Assembly: GCF_000374145.1 (NCBI RefSeq)
Contig: NZ_KB893654.1
Location: forward strand, 520,995 to 584,994
Source: Neomegalonema perideroedes DSM 15528
Lineage (GTDB): Bacteria > Pseudomonadota > Alphaproteobacteria > Rhodobacterales > Rhodobacteraceae
Direction of reading: 5' to 3'
DNA length: 64,000 nt
Positions 61,162 to 64,000 of the stretch are shown here, piece after piece. Each line of letters opens with the position of its first letter. The stretch's first letter is position 1. The notes under the pieces are model-generated. The model was not told the origin of the DNA, did not search any database, and saw only the letters and a program-made list of their open reading frames with translations. Made by a program: the position numbers and the translations under genes.

Positions 61162-62277
61162 TCAGCCCGCCGCGAGGGATTGCTCCATCTCGCGCACGAT
61201 GGCGTCGCCCATGGTGCTGGTCGAGATGCGGGCCTTGCCGGGCTGCATGATGTCGGCGGTGCGCAGGCCCCCGTCGAGGACGGCGCTCACGGCCTTCTCG
61301 ATGCGGTCGGCCTCGCGGGAGAGGTCGAAGCTGTAGCGCAGCGCCATGGCCAGCGAGAGGATCGTGGCGATGGGATTGGCGATCCCCTTGCCCGCGATGT
61401 CCGGCGCCGAGCCATGGACCGGCTCGTACATCGCCTTGCGGCGGCCTTGGGCGTCGGCGGCGCCGAGCGAGGCCGAGGGCAGCATCCCGAGCGAGCCGGT
61501 CAGCATGGCGGCCGCGTCGGAGAGGATGTCGCCGAAGAGGTTGTCCGTGACGATCACGTCGAATTGCTTGGGATTGCGCACGAGCTGCATGGCGCAATTA
61601 TCGGCGTACATATGGCTCAGGGCGATGTCGGGGAATTCCTCGGCGCCGAGCTTCGTGATCTCCTCGCGCCAGAGGACGCCCGATTCCATCACATTGGCCT
61701 TCTCGACCGAGCAGAGCTTGCCGCCGCGCTTGCGGGCCAGCTCGAAGGCCACGCGCCCGACGCGGCGGATCTCTTCGGTCGTATAGACCTGCGTGTTGAT
61801 TCCGCGGCGCTGGCCGTCGGGCAGGGTCTCGATTCCGCGCGGTTCGCCGAAATAGATTCCGCCGGTCAGCTCGCGGACGATCATGACGTCCAGCCCGGCG
61901 ACGACCTCGTATTTGAGCGTCGAGGCTTCGGCGAGGGCGTCGAAGCAGAGGGCGGGGCGCAGATTGGCGAAGAGCTGAAGCTCCTTGCGCAGCCGCAGAA
62001 GCCCGCGCTCGGGCTTGACGGCGAAAGGCAGAGAATCCCATTTGGGCCCGCCCACCGCGCCGAGCAGCACCGCGTCGGCGGCCTGAGCCTTGGCCATGGT
62101 CGAATCGGCGAGCGGAACGCCATGGGCGTCATAGGCGGCGCCGCCCACGAGATCCTCTTCGACGTCGAAGGAGACGCCCCGCCGCTTATGGAGCCAGTCG
62201 AGGATGCGGCGCGCCTCGCGCATCACTTCGGGCCCGAGGCCGTCTCCGGCCAGAATCAGCAGCTTGGGGTTCGCCAT
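61162..62277 (-). CDS. leuB: 3-isopropylmalate dehydrogenase
   Basis: ORF 61162..62277. [27 protein letters not shown] motif. Confidence 0.95.
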   Translation of the reverse strand: MANPKLLILAGDGLGPEVMREARRILDWLHKRRGVSFDVEEDLVGGAAYDAHGVPLADSTMAKAQAADAVLLGAVGGPKWDSLPFAVKPERGLLRLRKELQLFANLRPALCFDALAEASTLKYEVVAGLDVMIVRELTGGIYFGEPRGIETLPDGQRRGINTQVYTTEEIRRVGRVAFELARKRGGKLCSVEKANVMESGVLWREEITKLGAEEFPDIALSHMYADNCAMQLVRNPKQFDVIVTDNLFGDILSDAAAMLTGSLGMLPSASLGAADAQGRRKAMYEPVHGSAPDIAGKGIANPIATILSLAMALRYSFDLSREADRIEKAVSAVLDGGLRTADIMQPGKARISTSTMGDAIVREMEQSLAAG

Positions 62278-62381
62278 GGGGGGAGGCTCCAGATCGCGTG
62301 AAGATGAGGCTCCTTAATCCCGCCGGAGACGGAAGACAAGCGAGCGGCGCGCGTTTCGCACGCGGCCGCTCGCCTTTTGGC

Positions 62382-63485
62382 TTAGCTCCAGCGGAAGCCG
62401 TCGAGGCGCAGCGGTTGGTGGATGTCCACGGCGGGGACCGAAGAGGAGGCGGGCTGCACGCCGGTCTTCTCCCAGCGCATCCAGCCGAGCAGGCGGTAAT
62501 CCGTGTCGACCACCGGCTGAAGCGCCGCCAGATTGGCGAAGCTGAAGCGCGCGCCGACGGGGGCGTAGCTGGGCGCGCCCTCGCTGTCGAATTGCGGACG
62601 GCCGGTGGCGTCGAGCATGCGGGCTTCGCGGCGGGTCGGGGACCAGGCGCAGAACTCGCGGCGCGGCGGGGTGTTGGCCGAGAAGCGCCCGCTGAGGATC
62701 ACATGGGTCTCGCGGGAGATGGTTTCGGCGATCACGCCGTTCACCGAGACGTCCGTCAGGGCGGTGGCCTTGAGGCAGGCGTTCACCGCTTCGATGTTGG
62801 CGGCGAAGCCGCGCTCCCATCCGGCCAGCGAGGGCGCGGCGGGCTGAGCGGGCGGCGGCGGCGCATAGGCGGTCTGCTGGGGCTGGGGCGGCTGAGGATA
62901 GGTCGTCTGGGGCGCGTAGCCGTAGCCCGGCCAGACGGCCTGAGCTTGCGCCTGAGGCTGGGCGGGCGCGGGCTGGACGTAGCCGCCGCCGATGGCGGTC
63001 GGGGCCGGAACCGCCGTGGCCGAGGAGGGCCAGCTCTGAACCGGCTGGGCGTAGGTCGTCGCCTGCGGCTGGGCGGGCTGGACGTAGGGCGAGGGCGCCG
63101 GGTTGTAGATCGGCGCGGCGGCCTGCTGGACCGGCTGGACATAGGCGCCGTAAGCGGCGCTCGCCGCCTGCTGGACGGGCTGGGCGTAGGCGGCCGCCTG
63201 AGTCTGAACCTGAGCTTGGGCTTGCGTCTGGGTCTGCTGGACGTAGCCCTGAAGCTGCGCGCCCTGCTGCTGGAGGTAGGTCTGGGGGGCGGGCTGGGCG
63301 GGCTGCTGGCCATAGGCGGCGTAGACCGAGGCCAGATCCTGCGCGGCGCTCTGAGCGGCCTGCTGCGTCGGCGCGGCGTAATTCGGGGCGGCGTAATATT
63401 GCTGCGCCGAGGCGGCGGAGGCGGTCAGGGCCGCGAGCGCGACGGCCGCGCAGGCCCCGCGACGGAGGCGGATGGGGGTGGACAT
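62382..63485 (-). CDS. secreted protein with a Gln/Ala/Pro/Tyr-rich low-complexity N-terminal region and a ~150-aa C-terminal globular domain
   Basis: ORF 62382..63485. Signal peptide. YAQPVQQAA-type degenerate repeats. C-terminal domain carries two Cys. Confidence 0.5.
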   Translation of the reverse strand: MSTPIRLRRGACAAVALAALTASAASAQQYYAAPNYAAPTQQAAQSAAQDLASVYAAYGQQPAQPAPQTYLQQQGAQLQGYVQQTQTQAQAQVQTQAAAYAQPVQQAASAAYGAYVQPVQQAAAPIYNPAPSPYVQPAQPQATTYAQPVQSWPSSATAVPAPTAIGGGYVQPAPAQPQAQAQAVWPGYGYAPQTTYPQPPQPQQTAYAPPPPAQPAAPSLAGWERGFAANIEAVNACLKATALTDVSVNGVIAETISRETHVILSGRFSANTPPRREFCAWSPTRREARMLDATGRPQFDSEGAPSYAPVGARFSFANLAALQPVVDTDYRLLGWMRWEKTGVQPASSSVPAVDIHQPLRLDGFRWS

Positions 63486-63660
63486 GCGGAGTCTCCTCAG
63501 GAATCTGCGCGCCGGAAAAGCCTTGAGCGGAACTTGACGCGTGACGCGAAATTTCGCGGAGGATAGGGCGGGATTGCGGCGAAGGACTCGCGCGTTCGGA
63601 CAGGATAAGCCTTTGCGTAGGCGATCAGAGCGCGGATGAACCCCGGATGGACTCCGGCCT

Positions 63661-63790
63661 CAAAAACGAATCCGGACGCCCGCCTTGGCGGACGCCCCGT
63701 CTCCCCCCAAAACGAATCCGGACGCCCGCCTTGGCGGACGCCCCGTCTTCCCCCAAACGAATCCGGGCGCCCGCCTTGGCGGACGCCCGG
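63661..63790. repeat. tandem direct repeat, about 2.7 copies of a 47-49-bp unit
   Basis: Unit aaaacgaatccggacgcccgccttggcggacgccccgtctcccccc. Each unit contains ggacgcc-CGCCTTGGCG-gacgcc, a small palindrome flanked by direct repeats. Confidence 0.8.
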
Positions 63791-63815
63791 ACCGGCCGTC
63801 GATATGGACGAAGCC

Positions 63816-63998
63816 TCAGTTCACGACCGCCTCAGGCGCGACGTAGATCGGCGCGGCCGGGACGGAGTAAGCCGGCTCGACGGACGCCGTGGTCAGGGTC
63901 GCCGGAGCGACCGCCGTCGAGGAGGTCTTGAACGGGCAGGCCAGGGCCGGAGAGGCCAAGGCGGCCAGAAGAGCGGCCGGAAGCAGGATTTTGGTCAT
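63816..63998 (-). CDS. small secreted/lipoprotein-like hypothetical protein (60 aa)
   Basis: ORF 63816..63998. MTKILLPAALLAALASPALAC signal/lipobox-like start. The start codon sits at the window edge. Confidence 0.35.
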   Translation of the reverse strand: MTKILLPAALLAALASPALACPFKTSSTAVAPATLTTASVEPAYSVPAAPIYVAPEAVVN

Positions 63999-64000
63999 GC

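Noticed and set aside
63647-63931. 94-aa ORF with a repeating RIRTPALADA peptide
   Set aside because: It reads straight through the 47-bp tandem DNA repeat. It has Arg/Pro-rich composition and no start context, so it is non-coding.

Overview
High-GC (~68-70%) alphaproteobacterial chromosomal segment, densely coding on both strands and mostly core housekeeping genes. Confident calls include class I lysyl-tRNA synthetase, a polyamine-type ABC transporter operon, aat-accC-accB, mlaD and an NDUFA12-like gene, fadL, glcDEF, ispE, dapF, rsmE, ubiA, thrS-infC, prmB, an M16 peptidase, guaB, trpF-lapA-ihfB, sppA, hisH/hisA/hisF and leuB. I found no transposase or integrase genes, no CRISPR array, and no convincing tRNA or rRNA. 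The most notable non-genic signal is a family of ~45-62 bp imperfect-palindromic, REP-like intergenic elements. There are at least eight copies, one of them a 3-unit tandem array, and they create spurious ORFs in the six-frame track. Other features worth a second look: three tandem secreted proteins sharing a C-V-[RK]-A-P-C motif, one of them Gly-Trp rich; a DUF853/HerA-like ATPase followed by two coupled membrane or coiled-coil proteins; a PotB-like permease carrying a ~150-aa insertion; two extra translationally coupled genes at the end of the pot operon; a histone-H1-like KAPA-repeat protein with an internal ~219-bp duplication; infC with a non-ATG start followed by an acyltransferase rather than rpmI-rplT; an atypical receiver domain lacking the phospho-acceptor Asp; a sharply AT-rich island in the guaB/M16 divergent promoter; a 47-bp tandem repeat; and two long non-coding gaps. 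Many long antisense ORFs in the track are high-GC artefacts.
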